From: Trichoplax adhaerens
Taxonomy: Eukaryota; Animalia; Placozoa
NCBI RefSeq assembly: GCF_000150275.1
Contig: NW_002060943.1
Location: 732,239-796,238 of the forward strand
Direction: 5' to 3'
DNA: 64,000 bases
The notes beneath the pieces were generated by a model. That model saw nothing but the letters and a program-made list of their open reading frames with translations, made no database searches and had not been told where the DNA came from. Below are positions 62,901-64,000 of this stretch, piece by piece (the stretch's first letter is position 1; every line of letters begins with the position of its first letter). Position numbers and translations under genes: made by a program.

Positions 62901-63941
62901 TTTGCATCCATTGGAGCTGGAATAGCATCTCTAGTATACGATAAACCAGACGCATTCTTTGGTTTAATTTCCGTATTTATCATTTTTCCTACCACCGTGA
63001 CAGTTTGCTTGGTGTTTGTACCAAAGGTTGCTTAATTATTGTTATTGATGATCTTTGACTATTTCTATTAGGAATAAATTAAATTTTTAGAAACATATGA
63101 TTACGCATTACGCTAGAATAATAATTTCATTAAAAATATAGGTAAAACAACTACATTTCCTATGTATGTTGCAGTATTTCACTTTAACTAATTATCTAGA
63201 GTAAAATGTTTTAAAATAAGCATCCTCTTAGATTATATCATTTTGAGGTAAACGACTAAAATTACTCTTTAATTAACTCAATTGCATATGCACTCAATGA
63301 TGAATGCGCTGATTTCAAAGTACTTTAGTGTTTTAATAAATTAGTGCTAAAGTCAATTTCTAAGCATACAACTAGCTTAAGATGTGAAGCTTCATTTATA
63401 TTCTACTAAGTAATTTAAGTCTCTTATAAATTTATGATTATGCCGTATTAGGTCTACAAACTAAAAAGCGCTGGAGCTTCTATGAAAATATCAACATTCT
63501 CAGTAGCTAATTATAATGTTCAGGGAATGATTAAAAGTGCTTCAACAAATTTAAAGACGATATATCCAGACACAAATATAGATTGTGATAATGTAGAGCA
63601 GGTAATTAACACCTTGATTTAATTAATTCATTTATGAATCATTGGCGCAAGTAGCAGTGTAAATTTGAATAAGATATCAATGAGCTTTAGGATACCAACC
63701 GGTAAAATTATATTTGAAACAATAATTTACATAATATCAATTAATTATTCTTTAGCTAATAAATGAAATAATACAACTGAGACTAGAATTAAAAAGAAAA
63801 CGGCAAAATGAAAATTGTGTTGGCGATGGAAGAGAAATTTTTATAAGCAATCCGTTGACTATAATGCAACCTTCGCATCGAAACTCTGTATCGTCCGCTC
63901 ATTTTCCAGAAACATCAAAGAATATTAATGAGAAAAATTGA
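54000..63941 (+). CDS. GABA-B receptor-like class C GPCR (Venus flytrap + 7TM, no cysteine-rich domain), 16 exons
   Basis: Exon 54000-54254 encodes a signal peptide then GGWYGG..ALDHIN..ILSNYTL. Later exons give CDSGVG..LGAACSVVT (57563-57700), LSYASASPALS..FFRIYPSE (58477-58647), RIIVGGFY, YVWIITGW, FTYDSVWAIAL, GPVAF..GDR, IIKISSPNVN, FGALFAKTWRIH, AWQTRQV..NDSKLIGLAIYNV and VFVPK. The last exon, 63756-63941, ends in TGA. Confidence 0.93.
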
Positions 63942-64000
63942 CAATATTTAGCTTAAACAAAATGATCTATATACATTTAAATGATCTACTTTCCATTACT

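Overview
This is AT-rich eukaryotic (animal) genomic DNA with many short GT-AG introns of about 70-110 nt. The compact architecture and gene content suggest a placozoan such as Trichoplax, but that is inference only. Splicing the sequence by hand gives six apparently complete protein-coding genes: a Na+/K+-ATPase alpha subunit (-, 22 exons), eIF3f (+, 7 exons), two tandem SLC17-family MFS transporters (-, 10 exons each), ASCC2 (+) and a GABA-B-like class C GPCR (+, 16 exons). The first ~9 kb holds decayed APAF-1/NB-ARC-like pseudogene remnants in divergent orientation. The two divergent intergenic regions (ATPase/eIF3f and SLC17/ASCC2) are GC-richer islands full of TACAG/CTGTA pentamers. The first also carries a two-module (A/B) tandem array plus NRF1-, E-box- and YY1-like motifs. 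Other points worth checking are hairpin-dense long first introns, a probable U12-type intron in ASCC2, and altered key residues in the transporters, receptor and pump. I could not support any tRNA, rRNA, CRISPR array or intact transposon. Most ORFs in the supplied track are exon fragments or spurious.
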